Made by a program: the position numbers and the translations under genes
Shown here: positions 41,191-50,019 of the stretch, piece by piece
Position numbering within the stretch: the stretch's first letter is position 1
How the letters are laid out: each line of letters opens with the position of its first letter
The notes under the pieces: generated by a model
Told to the model about the DNA's origin: nothing
Databases searched by the model: none
The model's input: the letters and a program-made list of their open reading frames with translations, nothing else
Assembly: GCA_964463965.1 (NCBI GenBank)
Contig: CAYXED010000006.1
Location: 49,920-113,919 of the forward strand
Length of the DNA stretch: 64,000 nucleotides
DNA from: an uncultured Nitrospiraceae bacterium
Lineage (GTDB): Bacteria; Nitrospirota; Nitrospiria; Nitrospirales; UBA2166
Direction of reading: 5' to 3'

Positions 41191-41230
41191 GAAAGTCTGT
41201 GCAGCCATTTATACGCTTATTTCAAGCCTG

Positions 41231-42022
41231 CTAGTCTTTTGGCGTAATTTTTCTTGCAATTGTAATAAATCCAGTATGTGCCACCATGCGGTGGTCTGGT
41301 CTCACACTTCTTCCTGCGACGTTCCAGGTTCGTACTAAAACTTCAACGGTCTCAACCATTGTGAAGATAGCTTCCTGATTGAGCGCGTCTACTGTGGTAA
41401 CTATTTGGGGAACAGTTGGTACAAAACTCAGGAAAATTCCTCCTGAGCGAAGGATTTTCGCTGCATGAGGAATAACTTTCCATGGTTCAGGAAGGTCTAG
41501 TACAACGCGATCAACGTTGACTTCATTTATGCCTTCATACACATTGTTGTGGATTAACGAAAGGTTAGGAGTAGGTCCAAGGTAGCGCGCGATGTTTTTC
41601 GTTGCAATTTTAAGAAAGTCTTCCCTAATTTCATGAGAAATGACCTGGCCTGTCTCACCCACAGCTCGAAGTAAGGCCATTGTTAAAGCGCCAGAGCCGC
41701 ATCCAGATTCAAAGACAGTAGCCCCTGGATAAATGTCAGCCCACATGACAATTGTAGCGAGATCTTTTGGATAAAGAATTTGAGCTCCACGGGGCATTTT
41801 TACTATGTAGTCTGAAAATGTTGCGTGGATTGCGAGCATCTTTGTGCCACGAGATAGTGAGACCATAGTTCCGTCTGCTTTTCCAATCAATTCATCATGA
41901 GGAATAGTTTCTCCGCTGTGTTGGAATGTATCGCCTGGTTTTAACGTCAGAGCGTAATGACGGTTTTTACGATCTACCATGTGAATTTGTTGACCGTTTT
42001 CCATTATTCTCATAGGGCTCAC
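41231..42022 (-). CDS. trmI: tRNA (adenine-N1)-methyltransferase TrmI/Gcd14 family
   Basis: N-terminal beta domain (..LKPGDTFQHSGETIPHDELIGK) and the SAM motif VFESGCGSGALTMAL...DLPEPW. Confidence 0.85.
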   Translation of the reverse strand: MSPMRIMENGQQIHMVDRKNRHYALTLKPGDTFQHSGETIPHDELIGKADGTMVSLSRGTKMLAIHATFSDYIVKMPRGAQILYPKDLATIVMWADIYPGATVFESGCGSGALTMALLRAVGETGQVISHEIREDFLKIATKNIARYLGPTPNLSLIHNNVYEGINEVNVDRVVLDLPEPWKVIPHAAKILRSGGIFLSFVPTVPQIVTTVDALNQEAIFTMVETVEVLVRTWNVAGRSVRPDHRMVAHTGFITIARKITPKD

Positions 42023-42030
42023 TCAATCTA

Positions 42031-43080
42031 TTAGGACGATTTAAATACGATATTTGATTGGTGACGATAATACTTTGTAAGGACTGTATTTGAAGTTACT
42101 GCAATGCTGGAAAACATTATTGCCTCATATACTTCTCTTTTAGTGATCTTAGGGGTGATGTTAGGGTCGTATTCATCAATTGAGTTTGCAGTATGTCTGA
42201 GAGTTTTGATAGCAAGCAGAATTGGCCATAGGCAGCCAAGACGTAGTCGTATGCAGTTTCGTGGAATTTTTAGCGTGTATTCCCATCCCGCCTCAAGGTG
42301 GTCTATGGCAAGATTGATAAGGTCATTAAGAATGGGACGAGAAGCACGAAAGCCATCTCTTGTAAGTAAATCTTTGGGAGATAATTTATGCTGCTGAAGC
42401 AGAGAGTTGGGAATGTAACAGCGTCCTTTTCTTAGGTCGTTAGAAATATCCTTCAATATATTTGTCAATTGAAGGCCTTTCCCAAATCGAATGCCTCTCG
42501 CGGACATTTTTTCTATGTCCCACTGATGTAATGAAGGGATATGGGCTGTACTGAGATTTGTCCAAAACTCTCCAACGCAACCGGCTACATGGTAGGTGTA
42601 TAAGTCAAGCGCTTCCAATGTGGGTAACGCGGTAATCTGGGATGATGATGGGGGAGGAAAGATAGTAATATCCATGTTCATTCCGTTGATTAATGTAAGC
42701 ATGAGAGTATTGATCTTATTTTGGTCGTCTTTTGATAAAGTCTGAAATAATGCAAAACATTCATGAAGTCTTGTGAGTAAAATAATGTCTGCTTTAATTG
42801 TTTTATCAAAATTGAGGGCGTTGTGTATCGAAATTAAATCCTGTGGCGATCGCCCTGGAGTTTCAAATTGGGCCTTAAGAATATCTAGGCAGTGTTGTCT
42901 TTTCGATATATCAATTTGATCTGTATCAGCAATTGTATCTGCTGCACGTGCGAAAAGGTATGCGAGTCCCACTTGAGTGCGTATAGAACTAGGTATTATG
43001 GAAAGCGTTAGATAGAAAGAACGGGATACGCTCTTAAGAAGATTACCTAACAGAGATTTTTCTAGATGACCGTTAATGAT
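42031..43080 (-). CDS. Squalene/phytoene synthase family protein (squalene-synthase-like); start codon unresolved
   Basis: LKSVSRSFYLTLSIIP...AYLFARAADTIAD (first Asp-rich region), YHVAGCVGEFW and the NILKDISNDLRKGRCYIP region. The first canonical start (GTG 42972) lies downstream of the conserved SRSFY motif. The frame is open only back to 43086, after the TAG at 43089-43087, so I extend to ATC 43080 provisionally. Confidence 0.78.
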   Translation of the reverse strand: MINGHLEKSLLGNLLKSVSRSFYLTLSIIPSSIRTQVGLAYLFARAADTIADTDQIDISKRQHCLDILKAQFETPGRSPQDLISIHNALNFDKTIKADIILLTRLHECFALFQTLSKDDQNKINTLMLTLINGMNMDITIFPPPSSSQITALPTLEALDLYTYHVAGCVGEFWTNLSTAHIPSLHQWDIEKMSARGIRFGKGLQLTNILKDISNDLRKGRCYIPNSLLQQHKLSPKDLLTRDGFRASRPILNDLINLAIDHLEAGWEYTLKIPRNCIRLRLGCLWPILLAIKTLRHTANSIDEYDPNITPKITKREVYEAIMFSSIAVTSNTVLTKYYRHQSNIVFKSS

Positions 43081-43234
43081 TGCACCCTATGATAGAATGA
43101 GGAAGCCGGGCAGTATTTGTGGGAGTATTTACTGCGATTGCACCTACGATTGGGACTTGGATACAATGATGGTAGTGATATTGTTTACGATGGTCTGGGG
43201 TATATAAGTGTAGACGGAAGAATATTAGGTTGTT

Positions 43235-43444
43235 ATGGATACGAAACGGATGGTCTGTTGCAGATGTCAAGGTTATATGATGGTTGAGCGACACTATACG
43301 CGTATTAACCGACGTATATATGCGCGGTGTTTGAATTGTGGTTTTTGGTTGGATCTTGCTGACATTCTGAGGTTTTTTCATAAAGTTATTGATAGTGGTA
43401 TGAAACGTTTGCATGAGCCCGCTGATGCAATTGATAGATTGTAG
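43235..43444 (+). CDS. Small Cys4 zinc-ribbon protein, function unknown
   Basis: 69-aa ORF with CCRC...(16 aa)...CLNC spacing typical of a zinc ribbon. Lies in an AT-rich 460-bp gap. SD is weak, so coding status is uncertain. Confidence 0.4.
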   Translation: MDTKRMVCCRCQGYMMVERHYTRINRRIYARCLNCGFWLDLADILRFFHKVIDSGMKRLHEPADAIDRL

Positions 43445-43533
43445 ATTTATCAAAATATAAAAAACCAGCATACAATGGCATGTTTCAAGTTTGATGTAAA
43501 TAAATCGATATCGTTAATGATGCTAACTGTACT

Positions 43534-44379
43534 ATGAAAACTCTAGATCTGCCTTTGTCAATCGTGTTTTTTTGTTGTGTTGGTTTAGTTGGAGTGGGCG
43601 GGTGCCAAACGGTTGACTCAACTATTTATACTGTAAATCAACCTCATCAAGTTAGCCAATATGTTGCTCTTGGCGATAGCATTTCAACAGATGATTATCC
43701 TGGACCTGATCGTGGTGCTGTGTCGCTTTTTTATTTGAATGATGATGAGCGTTTTCCTGAGTTTCAGGATAAAGACCTTATGGCTCTAAATGCTGGCATT
43801 CAATTTACACTTGCTGCGAGTAATGGGGCAACGACTGAAACCGTTCTGCACGCACAGCTGTCAAGTTTGCCTCCAAGTTCTCCTGGAATTACACTAGTCA
43901 CTCTCACGATTGGAGGGAATGATTTGCTGCGGGCAATTCATGGGACTCCACAGCAGATGAGCACTTACACTACAAAAATAGTAAAAAATATTGATCGAAT
44001 TATAACTATTGTACAAACAATGTACCCAAGTTCTCTTGTTTTGTTGGGGACGATCTATGATCCCACTGATGGGGTAGGTGATCTTTTTGAGCCAGGGCAA
44101 CGATTACCCGATGCGCTTGAAATGCTTGATACTATCAATGTGCATATTCGATCGTTTGCTAGGCTGCCTCGTATTTATCTTGTCGATATCCACAAGCATT
44201 TTCTTGGGCATGGTTCGCATCATGCAGATATTGACAACCCATATTTTAGTAAGGATGATTCAACGTATTGGTTCACTTCAACAATTGAACCAAATGAACG
44301 CGGCGCTTCTGAAGTTCGCCGTTTATTTTGGGAGGCTTTGCAGCGTGGTTTAGTAGATTTGAAAGATGTTAAAGAGTAA
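43534..44379 (+). CDS. SGNH/GDSL hydrolase family lipoprotein
   Basis: Lipobox VGVGGC. Block I VALGDSIS, block III TIGGNDL, and a C-terminal block with conserved His. Confidence 0.8.
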   Translation: MKTLDLPLSIVFFCCVGLVGVGGCQTVDSTIYTVNQPHQVSQYVALGDSISTDDYPGPDRGAVSLFYLNDDERFPEFQDKDLMALNAGIQFTLAASNGATTETVLHAQLSSLPPSSPGITLVTLTIGGNDLLRAIHGTPQQMSTYTTKIVKNIDRIITIVQTMYPSSLVLLGTIYDPTDGVGDLFEPGQRLPDALEMLDTINVHIRSFARLPRIYLVDIHKHFLGHGSHHADIDNPYFSKDDSTYWFTSTIEPNERGASEVRRLFWEALQRGLVDLKDVKE

Positions 44380-44453
44380 CAACCACTGTAATATCAAATT
44401 GCTAATGGGTACCTATTTTAGGACCAACTTTTGACTGCTATATGGTTTAAGTT

Positions 44454-45623
44454 ATGACTAGAAATCTTGTGTTTGGTTTAACAAAGGTAACTCTTGTGGG
44501 GACTGCGCATGTTTCTAAAGCGAGTGCAGATCTTATCGCCGAAATGATTTCTACTGGCGAGTATGACTGTATTGCTGTAGAGCTCTGCAGTGACCGATAT
44601 AGAAACTTATTTGACGATACCGCTTGGAAAAACTTGGATATATTCCAAGTGCTTCGGAGGCGTCAAGCTGGTATGCTACTACTAAGTTTAGCTATTTCTT
44701 CATATCAGAGTCGATTAGCACATAGATTTGGCATTGAGGCAGGACAAGAGTTTAGAATTGCCATTGCTGAAGCGCAGCAGCGAGGGTTGAGGTTAGAACT
44801 CATTGATAGAGATGTTCGAACTACTCTTAGTCGTGTAGCGGTAAGAGTAAGGTGGTGGCAGAAAATAACCATTCTCTCAGGGTTACTAGGATCAGCCTTC
44901 AGTCGTCAGGAGATTGAAGAAGAACAAATTGAAGAGTTAAAACAAGGTGACATGCTCAAAGCAGTAATGGAAGAATTTGGAACAGCATTTCCTGGAATTC
45001 GTGAGGCACTTATTGACGAACGAGACACGTATATGACTGGTAAACTTGAAGCTCTTGCAGTTGGTACATCACCTCCTCAGCATATTCTTGCGGTTGTTGG
45101 TGCCGGGCATGTTTCTGGTATGGAATTGTGTGCTGCTGCTCCGCCTAATGCGGAGAGGATGGAGGCATTGTGTGAAGTGCCTCCAAAAAGTCAGGTTGGT
45201 TTATACATTGGTTGGGGTATTGTGGCAGTTATTTTGTCGGCATTTATAGTAGGGTATTCACGCTCTCCAGAACTTGGTTTATCTATGATGCTGACTTGGG
45301 TTTTAGTTAATGGGACACTTTGTGCTCTTGGGGTTCTGATCGCACGAGGACATCCATTGACAGTTTTATCAGGGTTTTTTGCAGCACCGTTGACGTCATT
45401 AAATCCAACTATTGGTGCTGGAATGGTGACTGGGGCGGTCGAGGCGTGGATTCGGAAACCCAAAGTGGCCGAATTTGAATCTCTTCGTGCTGATTTAACT
45501 CAGATTAAAAAATGGTGGACAAATGGCGTTTCTCGTGTTTTGCTCGTTTTTTTCTTTGGAACACTTGGATCTGCACTAGGCACGTATATTGCGGGAGCAA
45601 AAATTGTTAGTGATCTATTTTAA
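44454..45623 (+). CDS. TraB/GumN family protein
   Basis: VTLVGTAHVSKASADLI N-terminus, the AVVGAGHVSG motif, and C-terminal TM helices, as in TraB (pheromone shutdown-related) family proteins. Confidence 0.8.
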   Translation: MTRNLVFGLTKVTLVGTAHVSKASADLIAEMISTGEYDCIAVELCSDRYRNLFDDTAWKNLDIFQVLRRRQAGMLLLSLAISSYQSRLAHRFGIEAGQEFRIAIAEAQQRGLRLELIDRDVRTTLSRVAVRVRWWQKITILSGLLGSAFSRQEIEEEQIEELKQGDMLKAVMEEFGTAFPGIREALIDERDTYMTGKLEALAVGTSPPQHILAVVGAGHVSGMELCAAAPPNAERMEALCEVPPKSQVGLYIGWGIVAVILSAFIVGYSRSPELGLSMMLTWVLVNGTLCALGVLIARGHPLTVLSGFFAAPLTSLNPTIGAGMVTGAVEAWIRKPKVAEFESLRADLTQIKKWWTNGVSRVLLVFFFGTLGSALGTYIAGAKIVSDLF

Positions 45624-45685
45624 CTAGGTTTTTCTGGACTTATTGTAATGTTTAGAAGGCTTCTTGTGAGGTATGACGTTACCGA

Positions 45686-46303
45686 GTGAGCCAAAAGCTG
45701 ATCATTGGCGTACTAGTTTCTGGACGGGGTACGAATTTACACAAAATTCTTGATGATGCTCAGTCAGGGGAGCTGAATGTGAAGGTTGCTGTTGTGATTA
45801 GCAATCGGGAAAAGTCTGAGGGTCTTTTGAGGGCTCGTTCTCGTGGTGTGCCTGCAGTTTTCCTTGACCCAAAAAAATATCAAACAACACAAGAATATGA
45901 TGCAGCCATTCTTGAAACCCTGAGGAAGTATGAGGTTCAGCTTGTAGTGCTGGCGGGTTATATGAAGATTGTGTCGTTTGTATTGATTGCCGCATATCGC
46001 AATCGTATGATGAATATTCATCCGTCACTGCTTCCCTCATTTCCTGGGCTACATGCCCAGCGACAAGCCTTAGAGTATGGAGTTAAAAAGGCAGGATGCA
46101 CGGTGCATTTTGTTGAGGAAGATGTTGATGCAGGTCCTATTATTCTTCAATCAACCGTTTCAGTTGAATATGACGATACCGAAGAGACTTTATCCACACG
46201 AATCCTTGAGCAAGAACATATAATTTTACCTAGAGCTCTGCAGCTTTATAGCGAAGGCCGGATAAAGGTAGTTGGACGTTGTGTGGAAATTAGTCAAATA
46301 TGA
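45686..46303 (+). CDS. purN: Phosphoribosylglycinamide formyltransferase
   Basis: GVLVSGRGTNL, NIHPSLLPSFPG and HFVEEDVDAGPII motifs. GTG start. Confidence 0.9.
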   Translation: MSQKLIIGVLVSGRGTNLHKILDDAQSGELNVKVAVVISNREKSEGLLRARSRGVPAVFLDPKKYQTTQEYDAAILETLRKYEVQLVVLAGYMKIVSFVLIAAYRNRMMNIHPSLLPSFPGLHAQRQALEYGVKKAGCTVHFVEEDVDAGPIILQSTVSVEYDDTEETLSTRILEQEHIILPRALQLYSEGRIKVVGRCVEISQI

Positions 46304-46406
46304 CCGATTTTCTTATGGGCTGATTTTTGTTATTTGTTCCATGGTATAAAACAGCAAATAATGATAAGGGGCTTAGGTTGTAAATAGTAACTCGCTTTAA
46401 AAATGT

Positions 46407-46482
46407 GGGGGGTTAGCTCAGTTGGGAGAGCGCCAGAATCGCACTCTGGAGGTCGTGGGTTCGACTCCCATACCCTCCACCA
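46407..46482 (+). tRNA. tRNA-Ala (anticodon CGC)
   Basis: GGGGGGT/ACCCTCC acceptor with the G3:U70 alanine identity pair, CCAGA-ATCGCAC-TCTGG anticodon arm, GTGGG-TTCGACT-CCCAT T-arm, encoded CCA. Confidence 0.93.
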
Positions 46483-46629
46483 TTTAAATGTAGATGCACA
46501 TATGACCTCTTGACCCTCTTTTTTTATTTTTGTTAGTATCCTACCCGTTGTTTTTTTCACTATCTTCAAAAAGGGGTTCTTTATTTTGTGATAAGCGCTT
46601 TTGCGCCGTGAAGAAAATATAAGGCAGTA

Positions 46630-47619
46630 GTGATGATGTCAAAATCAATGGTAGAGGCACGTGACTTGTATAAGAATTTTGGAGAGACGTGTGCAGTTTC
46701 TGGGGTATCATTTTCTGTGCCAATTGGACAGATCGTGGGGTTTCTTGGGCCAAATGGAGCGGGGAAGACAAGTACCCTTCGAATGCTTGCAGGGTATTTA
46801 GAGCCGAGCAAAGGACAGGCTATTATTGATGGAGTAGCAGTTGGTGATGATCCCTTAGCTGCAAGGAAGAAAATTGGTTATCTTCCAGAAAACTGCCCAC
46901 TATACGATGACATGATGGTGTTAGATTTTCTCCATTTTGTTGCTGAGCTTCGCATGATTCCTCCATCTCGGCAAAATGAAAGGCTGCGCCCAATTTGTGA
47001 TCGGTGTGGGATCTCTCCAGTTTTGGGAAAAGACATTGGGCAATTGTCAAAAGGTTATAGACAGCGCGTGGGACTTGCACAGGCAATCATTGGAGATCCT
47101 GCCCTTCTCCTTCTTGATGAACCCACATCTGGCTTAGACCCAAATCAGATTCTTGAAATACGAGCGTTAATCAGGGAGCTTGGGAAAGAAAAGACAGTGA
47201 TTTTGTCAACACATATCTTGCCTGAAGTGCAGGCATCCTGTGATCGCGTTATCATTATTTCGGATGGGAAATTAGTTGCTGACGATACCCCAGATGCTTT
47301 GATGACCAGGGGTACAGCTTCCCGTGTCACTCTCCTGTTTGGTCCGTCAGTTGATGTCTCAAGAGACTCTCTAAAGATTCAAGAAACTTTAGCCAATATT
47401 TCTGTGGTACGTAGTGTGTCTTCACGAGTTAATGAAAGTGAGAGTACGGTTGGGTTTTCTGTTGACGTAGATGGTGAGGCCGATCCTCGCTCGGTGTTGT
47501 TTAAGGCGATAGTAGCACACGGTTTCCCTCTTTTAGAAATGCATCGCGAACAGGTTAGTTTGGAAGAGACTTTTCGTCAGTTGACCAGAGGTGTGGATGA
47601 AAATGAGGCTAGCGCATGA
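46630..47619 (+). CDS. ABC transporter ATP-binding protein (GldA-like, ABC-2 type)
   Basis: Walker A GPNGAGKTS, signature LSKGYRQR, Walker B LLLLDEP. Start is ambiguous among GTG 46630, ATG 46633 and ATG 46636. Confidence 0.88.
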   Translation: MMMSKSMVEARDLYKNFGETCAVSGVSFSVPIGQIVGFLGPNGAGKTSTLRMLAGYLEPSKGQAIIDGVAVGDDPLAARKKIGYLPENCPLYDDMMVLDFLHFVAELRMIPPSRQNERLRPICDRCGISPVLGKDIGQLSKGYRQRVGLAQAIIGDPALLLLDEPTSGLDPNQILEIRALIRELGKEKTVILSTHILPEVQASCDRVIIISDGKLVADDTPDALMTRGTASRVTLLFGPSVDVSRDSLKIQETLANISVVRSVSSRVNESESTVGFSVDVDGEADPRSVLFKAIVAHGFPLLEMHREQVSLEETFRQLTRGVDENEASA

Positions 47620-48332
47620 TATTTTTTTACCGTACCTTTAGTATTGCCAAGCGTGAATTTCAAAGTTATTTCAATTCTCCTATTGCCTATATAGTGATCA
47701 GTGTTTTTTTGCTTTTAGCTGGATGGTTTTTCTTTACTCCACTCTTTCTTATTGGACGCTCGAGCCTTCGTGGGTTCTTTTCATTTGCCCCAGCACTGTT
47801 CATTGTGTTTATTCCCGCCATCACTATGCGGCTAATTGCGGAGGAGCTTAAAACTGGAACCTTGGAGTGGTTGAGCTCTATGCCACTACGAGACTTTGAA
47901 ATGGTTTTGGGAAAATTTCTTGCCTCTCTTGCTTTAATTGGAGTTGCCTTGGTTTTTACTATTCCATATCCAATTTCTGTGGAAATGATTGGGACACTCG
48001 ATTGGGGTCCAGTAATTGGAGGGTATTTGGGGCTTCTTTTGCTTGCGGGAGCACTTCTTTCTGTGGGGATGTTTGCTTCAAGTTTAACTGAAAACCAAAT
48101 TGTTGCATTCATCATTGGTGTGACGTTTTGTTTCATTTTCTACATACTAGACAAAGTAACTTTTTTCTTGCCAGAGTACCTTGGAGCAATATTTCAATAT
48201 CTCTCAGTCGATTATCATTTTCGGAATATTGCCAGAGGGGTCATTGATACGCGGGATATTCTTTTTTACTTTGGGATGATCATAATTGGTCTTTTCCTCA
48301 CTGTGGAGTCTGTAAGACGACGTCATGCCTAG
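47616..48332 (+). CDS. ABC-2 type transporter permease (GldF-like)
   Basis: 238 aa, six predicted TM helices. 4-nt overlap with the ATPase gene. Confidence 0.8.
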   Translation: MIFFYRTFSIAKREFQSYFNSPIAYIVISVFLLLAGWFFFTPLFLIGRSSLRGFFSFAPALFIVFIPAITMRLIAEELKTGTLEWLSSMPLRDFEMVLGKFLASLALIGVALVFTIPYPISVEMIGTLDWGPVIGGYLGLLLLAGALLSVGMFASSLTENQIVAFIIGVTFCFIFYILDKVTFFLPEYLGAIFQYLSVDYHFRNIARGVIDTRDILFYFGMIIIGLFLTVESVRRRHA

Positions 48333-50001
48333 ATCGCCGTTGGCATTAGGTAGTACAAAAGGTATTGGTGATCGCACTAGTTATGCGTTTGCTGTTATTG
48401 GTATTGTCGTTCTTGTCAATATTTTGGGAGTGGGCTGGTTTATGCGGGCTGATTTGACAAAAGATGGGCTTTATTCTCTTTCTGAGGCATCGAGACAAAC
48501 GGTTGAGTCTCTTCAGGATCCTATATCAATTCGAGCATATTTTACTTCAGATCTTCCGGCTCCATACTCTTCAAATTCACGGTATGTAAAGGATTTGCTT
48601 GACGAGTATGCTACGTATTCCAATGGCATGTTGCAGTATGAGTTTATTGACCCTCTTAAGGCAGAGACGGAAGAAGATAAACTGAAGCGTAAAGAGGTTA
48701 AACAGGATATTTTTGGCCGCTCTGTTCGCGAGCGAACGACAAAAGAATTTGAGCTCTTGAGTTTGGGTATTCCTTCAGTACAGATTCGTGTTAACGAAGG
48801 TGATAAACTTGAGGTAAAACAGGCTTACATGGGGATTGTATTACGGTATGGGGATAAACATGAGGTTATTCCTCTGGTACAAAATACTTCTAACCTTGAG
48901 TATGATTTAACCTCTCTGATCAGGAAACTGGTGAGATTGGATACGCCAGTGGTTGGCTTTATTACTGGGCATGGTGGGCCAGATTTACGACAGGACCTTG
49001 GAAGGACCTATGGTCTCATTGAGGAACTTTATGATGTTGAAGAGATTAATCTTGCTGAAGAACCAAATATTCCTGATAGCGTTGATGGGATTATTGTTGC
49101 AGGTGCGGTAACACCATTTAACGATGCAGAGCAACGTGCTATTGATCAGTTTATTATGACTGGAAAAGGTGCAGCATTTCTTCTTGATCGAGTAATAGTT
49201 GATGTGGGAACACTTGACATTCAAAACGCTGACCACGAACTTGATACCTTACTTCAAAGCTATGGGGTAAAAATTGGAGATGGTTTGGTGTTGGATGTTG
49301 AGTCTTCAATGGTTAATGTGTCTCGCCAGCAGGGTTTTATGCAGATTACTCAACCTGTTCCATACCCATACATTCCTGTGTCAAAACAACTGGACCCTGA
49401 GCATCCATTAACACGAGGCCTAATTACTGTTGCTTTTCCATTTATGAGCCCATTAGAAAGTGTCCAATCGGAACTCTCTAAGGCTACTATTGATATGCTT
49501 GTAACCTCATCTGAAAAAAGTTGGATTAGGGAAAAACCTTTTAATATCTCACCCATGCAGCAATGGGGAGTTGAGGATGATGATTTCAAAGGTAAACAGA
49601 ATCTTGTTGCAATTATCTCTGGGCAGCTTAAAGCTGCGTTTGATCAAGACAAAGATTCAAATGTTCTCAATAACTCTGATGATCCAGTAATATCATTTCG
49701 TGCAGAAACTAATGACGCAAGAGTTGTAGTGATTGGAGGCTCTGCATTGCTCCGAGATCAGTATACATCGGAATCTAATCAAGTTTTTATTCTAAATTTG
49801 CTTGATTGGATGCTCTTGGATGATGCATTGTTATCAATTCGTACTCGAGGGTTAACGGTTGCGCCTCTTGATGAAGTGTCTGACACGACGCGTAATGTCT
49901 TGAAGTATGGAAATATGTTTGGATTGCCTGCACTCCTTGTTATGTTTGGCCTTGTCCGGTGGCGTATTAGAGAGACACGGCGGCATGGGCTAGTTTTGTA
50001 A
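48325..50001 (+). CDS. GldG-like auxiliary component of the ABC-2 system
   Basis: 558 aa with N- and C-terminal TM anchors flanking a large extracytoplasmic domain. Gene order ATPase-permease-GldG; 8-nt overlap with the permease gene. Confidence 0.78.
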   Translation: MPRSPLALGSTKGIGDRTSYAFAVIGIVVLVNILGVGWFMRADLTKDGLYSLSEASRQTVESLQDPISIRAYFTSDLPAPYSSNSRYVKDLLDEYATYSNGMLQYEFIDPLKAETEEDKLKRKEVKQDIFGRSVRERTTKEFELLSLGIPSVQIRVNEGDKLEVKQAYMGIVLRYGDKHEVIPLVQNTSNLEYDLTSLIRKLVRLDTPVVGFITGHGGPDLRQDLGRTYGLIEELYDVEEINLAEEPNIPDSVDGIIVAGAVTPFNDAEQRAIDQFIMTGKGAAFLLDRVIVDVGTLDIQNADHELDTLLQSYGVKIGDGLVLDVESSMVNVSRQQGFMQITQPVPYPYIPVSKQLDPEHPLTRGLITVAFPFMSPLESVQSELSKATIDMLVTSSEKSWIREKPFNISPMQQWGVEDDDFKGKQNLVAIISGQLKAAFDQDKDSNVLNNSDDPVISFRAETNDARVVVIGGSALLRDQYTSESNQVFILNLLDWMLLDDALLSIRTRGLTVAPLDEVSDTTRNVLKYGNMFGLPALLVMFGLVRWRIRETRRHGLVL

Positions 50002-50019
50002 CCTTTCTAGGTACTGTTT

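Noticed and set aside
43073-43471. 132-aa - strand ORF that could be an N-terminal extension of, or a neighbour to, the squalene-synthase-like gene
   Set aside because: It is in a different frame from the synthase gene. It has a low-complexity His/Thr/Ile/Asn-rich composition with no motifs, and is antisense to a more protein-like zinc-ribbon ORF.
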